Below, in pieces: positions 1 through 11,437 of a stretch of DNA of 64,000 nucleotides (position 1 is the first letter of the stretch; each line of letters starts with the position of its first letter). The position numbers were made by a program, and so were the translations under genes. The DNA comes from Bilabrum cf. latius (Eukaryota): contig OZ237774.1 of the NCBI GenBank assembly GCA_965178125.1, forward strand, positions 1 to 64,000. The letters are read 5' to 3'. Below the pieces are notes generated by a model that did no database searches, was not told where the DNA came from, and saw only the letters and a program-made list of their open reading frames with translations.

Positions 1-348
1 CAGACCTCGGCTAAATATGATCGTGAGGTGTCGGAATTTGAGGCGGTTGGCTTGACTCCTAGTTTTCTAGAATTTCCTGCTCCATTTGTCAAGGAATCCC
101 ATTTGAGCATTGGGATAAAGTTGGAGCAAGAAAATCCGATTCCTTTGAACGATACAATTTTGGTGATCGCTTCCATTGAAGAAGTACATATTAACTCTAA
201 GGCGGCAATCTTGAAAGACGGATTGATTGATCACAGTATTTTAGGGAATCTTTGTGTGAACGGATTAGACTCCTATTATAAACCAGAGCGTTTAAAGCGC
301 TTGGCATATGCTCAGCCAGATCAAACTCTAAAAGAAATAGACTGGTAA
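1..348 (+). CDS. Bacterial flavin reductase-like (DIM6/NTAB-type) protein, 5'-partial
   Basis: Frame runs in from the window edge; EFEAVGLT..APFVKES..LVIASIEEVH..GLDSYY resembles Bacteroidota flavin reductase family C-termini; TAA overlaps the phrB ATG. Confidence 0.6.
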   Translation, partial: QTSAKYDREVSEFEAVGLTPSFLEFPAPFVKESHLSIGIKLEQENPIPLNDTILVIASIEEVHINSKAAILKDGLIDHSILGNLCVNGLDSYYKPERLKRLAYAQPDQTLKEIDW

Positions 349-1644
349 TGGGATTAAGTGTTTTTTGGATGCGTCGGGATCTAAGACTCGCGGACAATCA
401 TGCACTTTCGCAGGCTTTGGAATCTGGTAATCCCGTCCTTGTACTTTTTATTTTTGATCGTTCAATTCTTGATCCACTTCCTGCCCGAGACGCAAGAGTG
501 CAGTTCATTTGGCAAGAACTAGAAGCTATAAAACAGAGGCTCAATGAATATGGGTCAGATTTATTGGTTTACTATGACCAACCCATAGAAGCATGGCAGA
601 AGTTAGTGAAGCAATATCCAGTTCAGGCGGTTTATGCCAATCGCGATTATGAGCCTAAAGCAAGGAATCGGGATCGTGAGGTTTATGACTTTCTAAAGCT
701 CAATGGAATTCCCTTTAAAGGTTATAAGGATCAGGTTCTTTTCGAAAAGAATGAAGTGCTGAAGGATAATGGTGATCCTTACGTAGTATATACTCCATAC
801 ATGAAGCGCTACCGTTCCCTACTTAAAGAGGAATCTTATGCTGTTCATAACTGTGATGGAGTTGGCCGATATGCCGAACTGCAAGGTCTCAAATGGTTTA
901 GTCTGAAGGAAATGGGGTTTCAATCTTTTGATTTTGAATACCCAAAAAGAAGCTTTGACCAGGAAATCATTAGCGCTTACGATAAGACTCGAGATATTCC
1001 TTCAATTCGGGGTACCAGTCGACTTAGTTTGCATTTAAGGTTTGGTACTATTTCAATTCGGGCATTAGCACGATTGGCAAGTCAAACCAATGATAAGTAC
1101 TTCAACGAGTTAATATGGAGAGACTTTTACCAGCAAGTACTCTATCATTTCCCGCATTCAGCTGAGAATAGTTTTCGTAAGGAATACGATCAAATTGTAT
1201 GGGAGCGTAATGAAAAGCATTTTCAGGCCTGGTGTGAAGGTAAAACTGGATATCCATTAGTTGATGCGGGTATGCGAGAGCTTAATGAAACGGGCTTTAT
1301 GCATAACCGAGTTCGCATGGTTGTAGCGAGCTTCCTCAGCAAGCATTTGCTTTTAGACTGGCGCTGGGGGGGAGGCTTATTTTGCCGAAAAACTATTAGA
1401 CTATGATGCGGCCAGTAATGTGGGAGGCTGGCAATGGGCGGCTGGAAGTGGAGTGGATGCTGCACCCTATTTTCGAGTTTTTAATCCAGAATTGCAATGG
1501 AAAAAATTCGATCCTCAAAGCAGTTATGTAAAGAAATGGGTCAAGGAATTTGGTACAGACCAATATCCTCAACCCATTGTAGATCATAAATTCGCTAGAG
1601 CTCGTGCTCTTGAGCGATATAAATCAGTTCTAAAACCGGATTAA
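348..1644 (+). CDS. phrB: Deoxyribodipyrimidine photolyase (class I CPD), split by an apparent +1 G in the G7 run at 1366-1372
   Basis: WMRRDLRLADN, TSRLSLHLRFG, GKTGYPLVDAGMREL, MHNRVRM; removing one G restores [30 protein letters not shown]. Confidence 0.92.
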
Positions 1645-2726
1645 ATTCCGGTATCGTCTCCGAAGCTCAATTTAACGTCGTTAACAAAGCTCTTGATCAT
1701 TTGCTCATTTTGCATTTTGCAGATGAGGAGTGCTTCAGGGTGTATCAACCACAATGAATTCTTCAAGTCCTTCTACTACGGCAATCTTATCCTTGGGCAT
1801 ACGAATAATGTTGCCTTTACTATTATAGCTAAGAATCTTCGGGCCAACTAAAGCATTTCCTTCTTTATCCAGCTCTTTATGCTCATAAAGACTTCCCCAG
1901 GTTCCTAAATCGCTCCATCCAAAATCGGCTGGTATAACGAATACTTTACTTGATTTTTCCATCAGACCATAATCAATAGATTCATTGTTACAGGCCGGAT
2001 AGATTTCATTCACAAACTTTGCTTCTTCCGGGGTTCCGAATTTATCAGCTCCTTGTTCGAAGTTGTGGAAAAGGTCGGGTTGATGCTCTTCTAATTCTTG
2101 CTTAAAGGTTTTCAATGACCAAACGAAAATCCTGCATTCCATAGAAAATCACCGCTTTCTAAAAACTGCTTTGCGATTTCCAGATTAGGCTTCTCAGTGA
2201 AGGTTTTAACCTTTTTCACTTCAAGGTTTACCTGCTTTTGGTCTTCAAATTGGATATATCCGTATCCTGTATCAGGACGATGTGGTTTAATACCTAAAGT
2301 AATTAGGAAATCGCTTTCCTCGGCTGTTTTTAAGGCAAGGTTAGCGATCCTCACAAATTCGTTTTCATTACTGATAAGATGATCGGATGGAGCAATTAAG
2401 ATATTGGCTTCAGGATCCTCACTTTGTATACGATAGGCAGCATAGGCAATACAAGGTGCTGTATTCCGGCGAGCAGGTTCTAGTATTATGTTTTGGTGGG
2501 GCATCGCCGGCAATTGCTCGGCTACCTGATCTTCATACTTCTTATGAGTAACAACTAGAATTTTCTCGGGCTCGGTTAGCAAAGAGAGGCGGCGAAAGGT
2601 TTGTTGCAGAAGTGATTCACCAGTGCCTAGTATATCGTGAAACTGTTTGGGGTTCTCGGCGGTGCTCATGGGCCAAAAACGACTGCCAATGCCACCGGCC
2701 ATAATCACACAGTAAGTAGAAGCCAT
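1641..2726 (-). CDS. manC: Mannose-1-phosphate guanylyltransferase, two apparent 1-bp indels (~2129 and ~1739)
   Basis: MAGGIGSRFWPMS..PKQF, EPARRNTAPCI, FTEKP, WNAG(I)FVW, SIDYGLME, WSDLGTW; C-terminus ALLICK..VNDVK continues in a shifted frame to TAA at 1641-1643. Confidence 0.9.
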
Positions 2727-2842
2727 AATTTTTTCTTTGCCGCAAATCTACGATTCTAAGAGGCTCATTTAGCTTCGTTCCAGGGTTATTAAATTGCTAC
2801 TTTTGTGGCTTTTCACAATCGAACCAAAACTTTGAATTCAAC

Positions 2843-3415
2843 ATGCTGAATATCGTACTCTTTGGCCCTCCAGGGGCCGGAAAAGGAACTCAATCTGAAA
2901 AGCTTATTGACCAGTATCAGCTAAAACACTTAAGTACGGGTGATATTTTTAGAGCTAACATTAAGGGTGAAACCGAACTAGGGAAATTAGCTAAGTCTTT
3001 CATTGATAAAGGGGAGTTAGTACCTGATGAGGTTACCATTAACATGCTGAAAGCAGAGTTGGAAAAGGCCCCTGAAGCCAAAGGATTCATTTTCGATGGT
3101 TTTCCAAGAACCACCCCTCAGGCAGAGGCGCTGGATAAACTCCTCGAGAGCATGGGAAGCAAAATCTCTATTATGTTGGCTTTGGAAGTACCGGAGGAAG
3201 AACTAAAAGTAAGGCTATTGGAGCGGGCTAAGACTTCTGGACGTACAGATGATGCTGATCCCAATGTTATTCAAAATAGAATTGACACCTACAATAATCA
3301 AACTGCTCCCGTTAAGCATTTCTATGGCGGCCAGGATAAGCTAAAGGAAATTAATGGCCTGGGGGGAATCGATGAGATTACCCAACGCTTATATGACGCT
3401 ATCCATAGCTTATAA
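2843..3415 (+). CDS. adk: Adenylate kinase
   Basis: [11 protein letters not shown]-loop, HLSTGD, DGFPRT; short LID form (GRTDD). Confidence 0.97.
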   Translation: MLNIVLFGPPGAGKGTQSEKLIDQYQLKHLSTGDIFRANIKGETELGKLAKSFIDKGELVPDEVTINMLKAELEKAPEAKGFIFDGFPRTTPQAEALDKLLESMGSKISIMLALEVPEEELKVRLLERAKTSGRTDDADPNVIQNRIDTYNNQTAPVKHFYGGQDKLKEINGLGGIDEITQRLYDAIHSL

Positions 3416-3417
3416 AC

Positions 3418-4425
3418 ATGCAGGAGAACTTCGTAGATTACGTTAAGATTCATTGTAAATCTGGCAAAGGAGGCTCCGGTTCTCCTCATTTGCATCGTTC
3501 CAGGTTAACCTCTAAAGGCGGACCAGATGGAGGCGATGGAGGACTTGGTGGATCAGTAATCCTACGAGGAAATACTCAGATGTGGACCTTACTGCATTTG
3601 AAGTATCGGAAGCATATAAAAGCAAAAGCAGGGGGGAACGGTGGTCAAAACCAACGCACCGGTGCAAAGGGAGAGGATGAAGTCCTTGACGTACCCCTTG
3701 GCACAGTAGCCAAAGATGCTGAAACCGGTGAAATACTTTTTGAGATCACTGAAGACGGTGAAGAGAAAGTACTGCGGCAAGGAGGCCGGGGAGGTTTGGG
3801 AAATGTGCACTTTAAATCTGCGACTTTTCAAACTCCTCGATTTGCGCAACCCGGCGAGCCAGGGGAAGAAGGTTGGAACATCCTTGAGCTAAAAGTCTTA
3901 GCCGATGTGGGATTGGTTGGATTCCCAAATGCGGGCAAATCCACACTACTCTCGGTAGTATCGGCCGCTAAGCCAGAGATTGCCGATTATCCCTTTACTA
4001 CACTTACACCTAAATTAGGTATAGTGCAATACCGGGATTACCGTTCTTTTGTTATGGCGGATATCCCTGGCATCATTGAAGGAGCAAGTGAAGGTAAAGG
4101 ACTGGGTCATCGTTTTCTTCGTCACATCGAGCGTAATTCAATGCTGCTCTTTATGATACCGGCCGATACTGATGACGTAAGGAAGGAGTATGATATCCTT
4201 CGGTCTGAATTAGAACGCTTCAATCCGGAGTTATTAGACAAGCAACAACTTCTGGCCATCAGCAAAAGCGATATGCTTGATGATGAACTGCAAAATGAAA
4301 TGGAGGGCCAGTTAAGGGAAGACCTTCCACAAGGCTTGGAATTCATTTTTATATCTGCTATTAGTGGTAAAAACATCCAGGGTCTTAAGGATCGGCTTTG
4401 GCAAATGATGAATAAAGATGCTTGA
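3418..4425 (+). CDS. obgE: GTPase ObgE/CgtA
   Basis: Gly-rich Obg domain (GGPDGGDGG), [26 protein letters not shown]; directly downstream of adk. Confidence 0.97.
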   Translation: MQENFVDYVKIHCKSGKGGSGSPHLHRSRLTSKGGPDGGDGGLGGSVILRGNTQMWTLLHLKYRKHIKAKAGGNGGQNQRTGAKGEDEVLDVPLGTVAKDAETGEILFEITEDGEEKVLRQGGRGGLGNVHFKSATFQTPRFAQPGEPGEEGWNILELKVLADVGLVGFPNAGKSTLLSVVSAAKPEIADYPFTTLTPKLGIVQYRDYRSFVMADIPGIIEGASEGKGLGHRFLRHIERNSMLLFMIPADTDDVRKEYDILRSELERFNPELLDKQQLLAISKSDMLDDELQNEMEGQLREDLPQGLEFIFISAISGKNIQGLKDRLWQMMNKDA

Positions 4426-4975
4426 GCGATTAATGAAATGGGATGAGGAGCTTTTTCTTTATCTCAACAATTTAGGAACCGAGTTTTGGGATCCTTTCTG
4501 GCTCAGAATGTCAGAGGTACTAATTTGGATTCCCCTTTATTTGGGATTAATCGTATTAGTTTTTTGGATATTTAAGTGGAAGAGTTCCTTCTTCATCTTA
4601 TTCTTCATACTTCTAAATGTTTTAGCTACAGATCAGGGTTCAGTAAGGCTTTTCAAGCAGCAGTTTGAAAGATCCAGACCTTGTCATGAAGAACACCTAC
4701 AGCCCCAGATTCGCTTAGTCAAGGGATCATGTGGTGGGGCTTATGGATTTATAAGCTCTCATGCCAGCAATACTTTTGGACTGGCTTTCTTTTTAGGATT
4801 ATTGTTCAGGCGTCGTTTTCCCTGGTTGTACTATTCATTATTGATCTGGGCATTAGCGGTATCCTATAGCAGAATTTACCTAGGTGTGCATTATCCTGGT
4901 GACATCCTAGGCGGAGCGCTTTATGGTGCACTTTGTGGTACCGGGGCTATTCCTGATTCTGGACTCCTGGCTTAA
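4418..4975 (+). CDS. PAP2-family phosphatase (membrane)
   Basis: K....RSRP, SSHA and [15 protein letters not shown]2 motifs; the true C-terminus may be altered by an indel. Confidence 0.88.
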   Translation: MLERLMKWDEELFLYLNNLGTEFWDPFWLRMSEVLIWIPLYLGLIVLVFWIFKWKSSFFILFFILLNVLATDQGSVRLFKQQFERSRPCHEEHLQPQIRLVKGSCGGAYGFISSHASNTFGLAFFLGLLFRRRFPWLYYSLLIWALAVSYSRIYLGVHYPGDILGGALYGALCGTGAIPDSGLLA

Positions 4976-4996
4976 TCTTGAAGAAAGGAAGGAAAC

Positions 4997-5365
4997 ATGA
5001 CTTGGATTTGGGTTTTCCTGGGAGGTGGTTTAGGCTCAATTGCAAGGTTTACAGTAAGTAAACTAGTGCTTGGCCTTTTCAACCAATCCCCTCAATTTCC
5101 TTTAGCTACTTTCATTTCCAATTTATTGGCTTCAGCTTTTTTGGCATTTTTGGTGATCAATGCTCCAGAAAAGCTAAATGAAAATCAGCGTTATTTCTGG
5201 GTCATTGGATTTTGTGGAGGATTTTCAACCTTTTCCACTTTTAGCCTGGAAAATTGGGTTTTAATAGAACAGAAGGCCTGGCTCTATTTAGTTCTAAATA
5301 TTCTATTAAGTGTAGCCCTGGGAATTACAGTAATGTTCCTGATGAGCAGAAACCTAACGGATTAA
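4997..5365 (+). CDS. crcB: Fluoride efflux channel CrcB/FluC
   Basis: GGGLGSIARF, FPLATF..N, GFCGGFSTFSTF signature; four hydrophobic segments. Confidence 0.93.
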   Translation: MTWIWVFLGGGLGSIARFTVSKLVLGLFNQSPQFPLATFISNLLASAFLAFLVINAPEKLNENQRYFWVIGFCGGFSTFSTFSLENWVLIEQKAWLYLVLNILLSVALGITVMFLMSRNLTD

Positions 5366-7542
5366 ACTGACCGTACCGCGTTTAGCTACTCCATTACCGG
5401 TCTCTTTATCAATCACATCAATTATATAGGTATAAACGCCACCGGGTAAAACTTCCCCTTCGTTTTGCATGCTGCCGTTCCAGAAGAAGCCAGGATCTTT
5501 ACTTTGAAAAACTAGCTGCCCCCAGCGATTGACAATTCTTATTTCAAAATTTCGAGTACCAAGGATCGAATAGGAGAATACATCATTTAAGCCATCTCCG
5601 TCTGGAGTAAAAGCATTTGGTATATAGAGCCTAAAAGGCTGTTGGACATAAGTCTCCACGATGGTGGTATCGCTGCAATTAAACTCATTATACACAATGT
5701 GGATGAACCGCTGGACACCGGTGTCTTTTGCCGAAAAGGTTACATCATTTGATGGATTAATCATTTTTCGACCGTTAGGTAGAATCAGCTCTGAGTTTAT
5801 ATAGTTCTCCGAAGTGATTAGAATATCAAACTCCGGATCAAATATGGTTACTTCCGGTGGTTCAATTTCCAATCCTGATATAGGACTCGGATGAATAACT
5901 ACAGGCACTGTGGATAGCTCTTCTAAGGTATCGCGACAACCACTAGTGGTAATTAGGCGGTGATATACGAAATAGTTACCTGCCTGTAAATAAACATGTT
6001 TTGGATTGGCGTCGGTAGATGTATTACCATCGCCAAAATCCCAGAAGTGAATGGCATTTCCTGAAAACTCTGAACTATCACTGAATTCCGTTGAGTAGGG
6101 AGCACAGCCTCCATTATCAATTATATCGTGAATTAGAATCGGACGCGGATAGAGTCGCACACTGTCCCTAAAAAAGTCTCTGCAGAAACCGTCTTGGACG
6201 TTTAGGGTTACCAAATAGTTCCCCGCTTGCTGATAGACGATATTAGTAGGATTGGCCAAATTAGAAGTATTCTGACCTCCCACTACAGTTCCACCAAAAT
6301 CCCAGAAGAATTCGGCATCCGGGCCATAATTTCCACTTGGGATGAAATCAAAGCTATGAGAGTCAAAGCAAGCCTGACCGCCAACTGTAAAACCAATATT
6401 CAGTCCATCAAATATTTTGAATTCGCGGATCATAGTATCAGCACAACCGGTTCCGGGATTGGCTACTAATGTGATTTGATAAATCCCGGTATCAGGAAAG
6501 GTGTAAGTAGGATTTGGTTTGTAACTGGTGTCATTATTAGTTCCGGCTACTCCAAAATCCCAAAACCAGTTATCAGTATTGGTGCAAAAGCTCTTTAAAG
6601 GTTACCGTGCGGCCGGAGCAAAGATCATAAGGGTCTAAATCTTGAGGTTCGAAATCGGCATCGGTTCGAACACAAGCGCTGGTGACATTGAATTGGAAAT
6701 CCCGTCTTAAGGTGCTTAATAACTGACCATTGCGCCATTCCTGAACACAAACAGCAAAAACATATTGCCCTACTTGGTTTGGCATTCCACTAAGTAAGCC
6801 GGTCTGCTGGTTTAAGTTAAATACAGGACCACTGGAAATGGGAAAACTTGTAGAATAGCCAGCAGCAAAGGGAACCTGAGTGTAAGGAGGAGCTGTAGCG
6901 GTATCAGGTCGTGGTGAGTTAGGACCGGTGGTGTTTACCTGGCTTCCTCCACCATGTAGAGGGGAGCAGAGAAAATAGCTTAAGCTATCACCATCACTTT
7001 CATTAGCCCCCATATCTACTTGTACAAATTGATTTAAGCAGAGGGCAACTGGAGGAGCCTTACTGAAGCTTGGACTGCTATTACAAGCAACATTCGTAGG
7101 AACCTCGATAGTGTAGGTACTTCCCCATAAGCGAGGATTTGGAATATTATCGATGCTATTGTTTCGGCAACAACGTTGATGGCTAAGCGTATAAGGCCCT
7201 CCCGCCGCGGGAAGAGTAATGGTGTCTAAATAGATGCCTTCTTGCGTGCAAACGAAGCTCGGCAAGGTCGTGCAACTATTCGGGGCATCGATTGGTAAAT
7301 TGGAGCTGCTGCGCAGGGGAACCCTTAGGTTGCGATACACTGCATTGGAAGAATTAAAAACCGTAATGATTGCAGGATCGTCAAAAGGTGCTCCATTGGA
7401 AGCGCAATCACGGTATATAACCAAACGGATTTCGTAGCGATTATTTCCTAAGCAAGAATAGGAAAGCTCCCCCCCCAACAAGGTGGGCGGCATCTAGCCC
7501 CAAAGTGCTTAAAAATAAAAGTAGAGTAACTATCCGCCGCAT
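5354..7542 (-). CDS. Secreted PKD-repeat protein with gliding-motility-associated (T9SS type B) C-terminal domain; two apparent +1 indels (~7470, ~6597)
   Basis: Signal peptide MRRIVTLLLFLSTLGLDA then HLVGGELSY; WDFG(D)G PKD motifs; C-terminal IPNAFTPDGDGLND..NRWGQLVF..GTVSLIR ending in a genuine TAG stop. Confidence 0.85.
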
Positions 7543-7604
7543 CTTCCGCCTTTCTACAAGCAAGGTAACAAAAATGGTCTTCCTGTGAGCTATCGAACTA
7601 AAAG

Positions 7605-8461
7605 TCAACTAGCTCGGAGAATCGATAAAAAATCATTGAAACCTAGTTTTTTAAAGTTCTCCGGATTTTCAAGGCGGCTTATCCAAACGAAATCTCCTCC
7701 CCATGCTCCCAATGACTTGACTGCTCCTTCGAAAGGGGGCAGGTTATTGCGATTTATTCTAGATCTGGAAATCAATTGGGCCGTTTTGGCTTCATGCTCG
7801 TTCATCCATTCTTCCAGAGATTGTATATCCGAAATGGAGGGCAGTAACCTGCTTAATTCCGAAATCTCAGCGATTAAATTTTCAGGCCTTTTAGTGGAAA
7901 GATATCGATTAACCTCTCTGGCACTGTTTTGCTTATTACCTAAATACAATAACCAGGTATCACCCAGAAAACCTGGTAATTGAACAGGATTCCAATGTGG
8001 TGTATGAGCGCTTTTAAGCTGATAACTGATGCATTTACCGGTTTGCGCTACCGCCACATCATAGCCACTTCCCTTTAAATTCTCAAAAAACAGGGGCCAG
8101 ACATCAGTCTCTGCCCAATCTGCAATTAAGCTTATGAAGGTACTGCTGCTCCCAAAGCCCCAAGCTCTGGGAAAGTCTAATTTGGTTTGAATGCTCCAGC
8201 CCTTTCTTTTTTCTTCCGCAAGGGCCGAGTGCATGATTTTTTGAACCAGAATTTCCGCATCAGATTGAGCCTTGGATAAAAGGAAATCTAGCCATGATTC
8301 TCCATTTTCATCAAAAGCCTGATAATGCAAATCATCAAGATTAAGGGCCTCTGCTTTTAAATGCTGCCCTTTAAAGGTGGGCACGGCCACAGCCTGTGCG
8401 CCTTCTAGAACACTGTACTCGCCACTTAGCAGTAATTTACCTGGGGCGAAAATTCCTTCAT
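7605..8461 (-). CDS. GHMP kinase (Bacteroidota GYDIA-type, mevalonate-pathway associated); apparent -1 T near the start
   Basis: APGKLLLSGEY, WGFGSSS, GSGYDVAVA, KSLGAWGGDF. Confidence 0.8.
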
Positions 8462-8548
8462 TTAGTGATCTTTCTTGATCTCCTCTGGACTTTTAATTCC
8501 GCGAAGTTCACAGAATTTGTTAACGGCAGCTGAGTGGGAGACAACCTT
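8462..8548 (-). CDS. 3' fragment of a bacterial gene (probably HMG-CoA reductase), cut off at the telomere junction
   Basis: KVVSHSAAVNKFCELRGIKSPEEIKKDH* abuts the GHMP kinase ATG; identity inferred from recalled Flavobacteriales gene order and a VVSHS-like C-terminus. Confidence 0.45.
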   Translation of the reverse strand, partial: KVVSHSAAVNKFCELRGIKSPEEIKKDH

Positions 8549-8550
8549 AA

Positions 8551-9057
8551 CCCTAACCCTAACCCTAACCCTAACCCTAACCCTAACCCTAACCCTAACC
8601 CTAACCCTAACCCTAACCCTAACCCTAACCCTAACCCTAACCCTAACCCTAACCCTAACCCTAACCCTAACCCTAACCCTAACCCTAACCCTAACCCTAA
8701 CCCTAACCCTAACCCTAACCCTAACCCTAACCCTAACCCTAACCCTAACCCTAACCCTAACCCTAACCCTAACCCTAACCCTAACCCTAACCCTAACCCT
8801 AACCCTAACCCTAACCCTAACCCTAACCCTAACCCTAACCCTAACCCTAACCCTAACCCTAACCCTAACCCTAACCCTAACCCTAACCCTAACCCTAACC
8901 CTAACCCTAACCCTAACCCTAACCCTAACCCTAACCCTAACCCTAACCCTAACCCTAACCCTAACCCTAACCCTAACCCTAACCCTAACCCTAACCCTAA
9001 CCCTAACCCTAACCCTAACCCTAACCCTAACCCTAACCCCCTAACCTAACCCCTAAC
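8551..9057. repeat. Outermost telomeric tract (CCCTAA)n = TTAGGG telomere, left chromosome end
   Basis: About 80 perfect CCCTAA units, degenerate over the innermost ~20 bp. Confidence 0.97.
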
Positions 9058-10346
9058 CTTCAATTGACCATACCGGCGCCGCGCGAGTAAAACGGAATCT
9101 GAGGTACAAATGGATCATGCTATGCCCCTGCCCCTTCCAAATGCAGTTTGAATCATCTTCATATCTGCCGTGGTTGCCGAGATCTCAATTCCGAATTTTG
9201 GCCCTTGAAAATCTTCAATTGACCATATCGGCGCCGCGCGAGTAAAACGGAATCTGAGGTACAAATGGATCATGCTATGCCCCTGCCCCTTCCAAATGCA
9301 GTTTGAATCATCTTCATATCTGCCGTGGTTGCCGAGATCTCAATTCCGAATTTTGGCCTTTGAAAATCTTCAATTGACCATATCGGCGCCGCGCGAGTAA
9401 AACGGAATCTGAGGTACAAATGGATCATGCTATGCCCCTGCCCCTTCCAAATGCAGTTTGAATCATCTTCATATCTGCCGTGGTTGCCGAGATCTCAATT
9501 CCGAATTTTGGCCTTTGAAAATCTTCAATTGACCATATCGGCGCCGCGCGAGTAAAACGGAATCTGAGGTACAAATGGATCATGCTATGCCCCTGCCCCT
9601 TCCAAATGCAGTTTGAATCATCTTCATATCTGCCGTGGTTGCCGAGATCTCAATTCCGAATTTTGGCCCTTGAAAATCTTCAATTGACCATATCGGCGCC
9701 GCGCGAGTAAAACGGAATCTGAGGTACAAATGGATCATGCTATGCCCCTGCCCCTTCCAAATGCAGTTTGAATCATCTTCATATCTGCCGTGGTTGCCGA
9801 GATCTCAATTCCGAATTTTGGCCCTTGAAAATCTTCAATTGACCATATCGGCGCCGCGCGAGTAAAACGGAATCTGAGGTACAAATGGATCATGCTATGC
9901 CCCTGCCCCTTCCAAATGCAGTTTGAATCATCTTCATATCTGCCGTGGTTGCCGAGATCTCAATTCCGAATTTTGGCCTTTGAAAATCTTCAATTGACCA
10001 TATCGGCGCCGCGCGAGTAAAACGGAATCTGAGGTACAAATGGATCCTGCTATGCCCCTGCCCCTTCCAAATGCAGTTTGAATCATCTTCATATCTGCCG
10101 TGGTTGCCGAGATCTCAATTCCGAATTTTGGCCCTTGAAAATCTTCAATTGACCATATCGGCGCCGCGCGAGTAAAACGGAATCTGAGGTACAAATGGAT
10201 CATGCTATGCCCCTGCCCCTTCCAAATGCAGTTTGAATCATCTTCATATCTGCCGTGGTTGCCGAGATCTCAATTCCAAATTTTAATGCAAAAAATGAAG
10301 ATGAAAATTTTTTTCCCCGACCCTGTCCCTGACTTTATATTAGATA
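9058..10346 (+). mobile_element. Telomere-embedded unit A: ~8 copies of a 155-bp repeat plus conserved terminus
   Basis: CAATTGACC recurs at 9061, 9216... (period 155); ends TGAAGATGAAAA..TTTTCCCCGACCCTGTCCCTGACTTTATATTAGATA|CCCTAA. Mobility is inferred. Confidence 0.6.
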
Positions 10347-10506
10347 CCCTAACCCTAACCCTAACCCTAACCCTAACCCTAACCCTAACCCTAACCCTAA
10401 CCCTAACCCTAACCCTAACCCTAACCCTAACCCTAACCCTAACCCTAACCCTAACCCTAACCCTAACCCTAACCCTAACCCTAACCCTAACCCTAACCCT
10501 AACCCT
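10347..10506. repeat. Internal telomeric tract (CCCTAA)n
   Basis: Perfect hexamer repeats. Confidence 0.97.
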
Positions 10507-10900
10507 AGAGATCGTATCCCGCAGGATTTCAGCATGAAAATCTTCAAGGCCCAATATTGGCGCCGCGCGTCAAAAGCGGAACCTGAGGAACATTTGGCCA
10601 ATGTTGTGGCCCTAGGCCGTCCCAACGCAATTTGAACGGTCTTCATATCTCCTGTGGTTGCCGAGATCGTATCCCGCAGGATTTCAGCATGAAAATCTTC
10701 AAGGCCCAATATTGGCGCCGCGCGTCAAGAGCGGAACCTGAGGAACATTTGGCCAATGATGTGGCCCTAGGCCGTCCCAACGCAATTTGAACGGTCTTCA
10801 TATCTCCTGTGGTTGCCGAGATCGTATCCCGCAGGATTTTGTCAAAAAGTGAAGATGAAAATATTTTTCCCCGACCCTGTCCCTGACTTTATAATAGATA
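10507..10900 (+). mobile_element. Telomere-embedded unit B: ~2 copies of a diverged 155-bp repeat plus the same terminus
   Basis: GAGATCGTATCC at 10508, 10663, 10818; ends CCCCGACCCTGTCCCTGACTTTATAATAGATA|CCCTAA. Confidence 0.6.
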
Positions 10901-11052
10901 CCCTAACCCTAACCCTAACCCTAACCCTAACCCTAACCCTAACCCTAACCCTAACCCTAACCCTAACCCTAACCCTAACCCTAACCCTAACCCTAACCCT
11001 AACCCTAACCCTAACCCTAACCCTAACCCTAACCCTAACCCTAACCCTAACC

Positions 11053-11083
<31 letters not shown>

Positions 11084-11128
11084 TAACCCTAACCTAAACC
11101 CCCTACCCCCCCCTAACCCCTACCCTAA
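10901..11128. repeat. Internal telomeric tract, degenerate inner end
   Basis: Perfect CCCTAA to ~11074, then variants CCTAA, CCCCCTA, CCCCTA. Confidence 0.95.
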
Positions 11129-11437
11129 CAGCAAGACGACTCTGAGAACGACGGTGGAGTGGAGGACAATGGCTTCACCGACTAGCAGCGGCACCTGGTG
11201 GACCGCATCCTCGCTGCCTGCGATGACACCGCGCTGGGCGTCAGCCGGACTCTCGACGACATGGTCGAGGACGTGCAGGAAACAATTCAAGAGAGGGACC
11301 AGGGATTGGGCATGCTCGCAGACCTGATGACGGCCCTCGAGAAGACGGCGGAAGGAGATCTCAATGCGGCAGACGTGGACGCTGTGGAGGCGCTCCTGGC
11401 AGCTGTCGGTGCGGAACCCTCCTCCGATGACGAGTGA
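11129..11437 (+). pseudogene. 5'-truncated 3' end of an acidic, helical-looking ORF (also at 12791-13099 and 14453-14761)
   Basis: Frame opens directly at the telomere junction: QQDDSENDGGVEDNGFTD(TAG 11183)QRHLVDRILAAC..SSDDE-TGA; GC3-rich codon usage like the host genes. Confidence 0.55.

Noticed and set aside
1-8548. Genuine horizontal transfer of an 8.5-kb bacterial block
   Set aside because: It lies distal to the terminal telomere, is unameliorated, uses TAG as stop and has read-error-like indels; an artefact is far more likely.
8475-11097. ORFs reading LTLTLT, NPNPNP, VRVRVR or LGLGLG
   Set aside because: These are translations of telomeric hexamer repeats.
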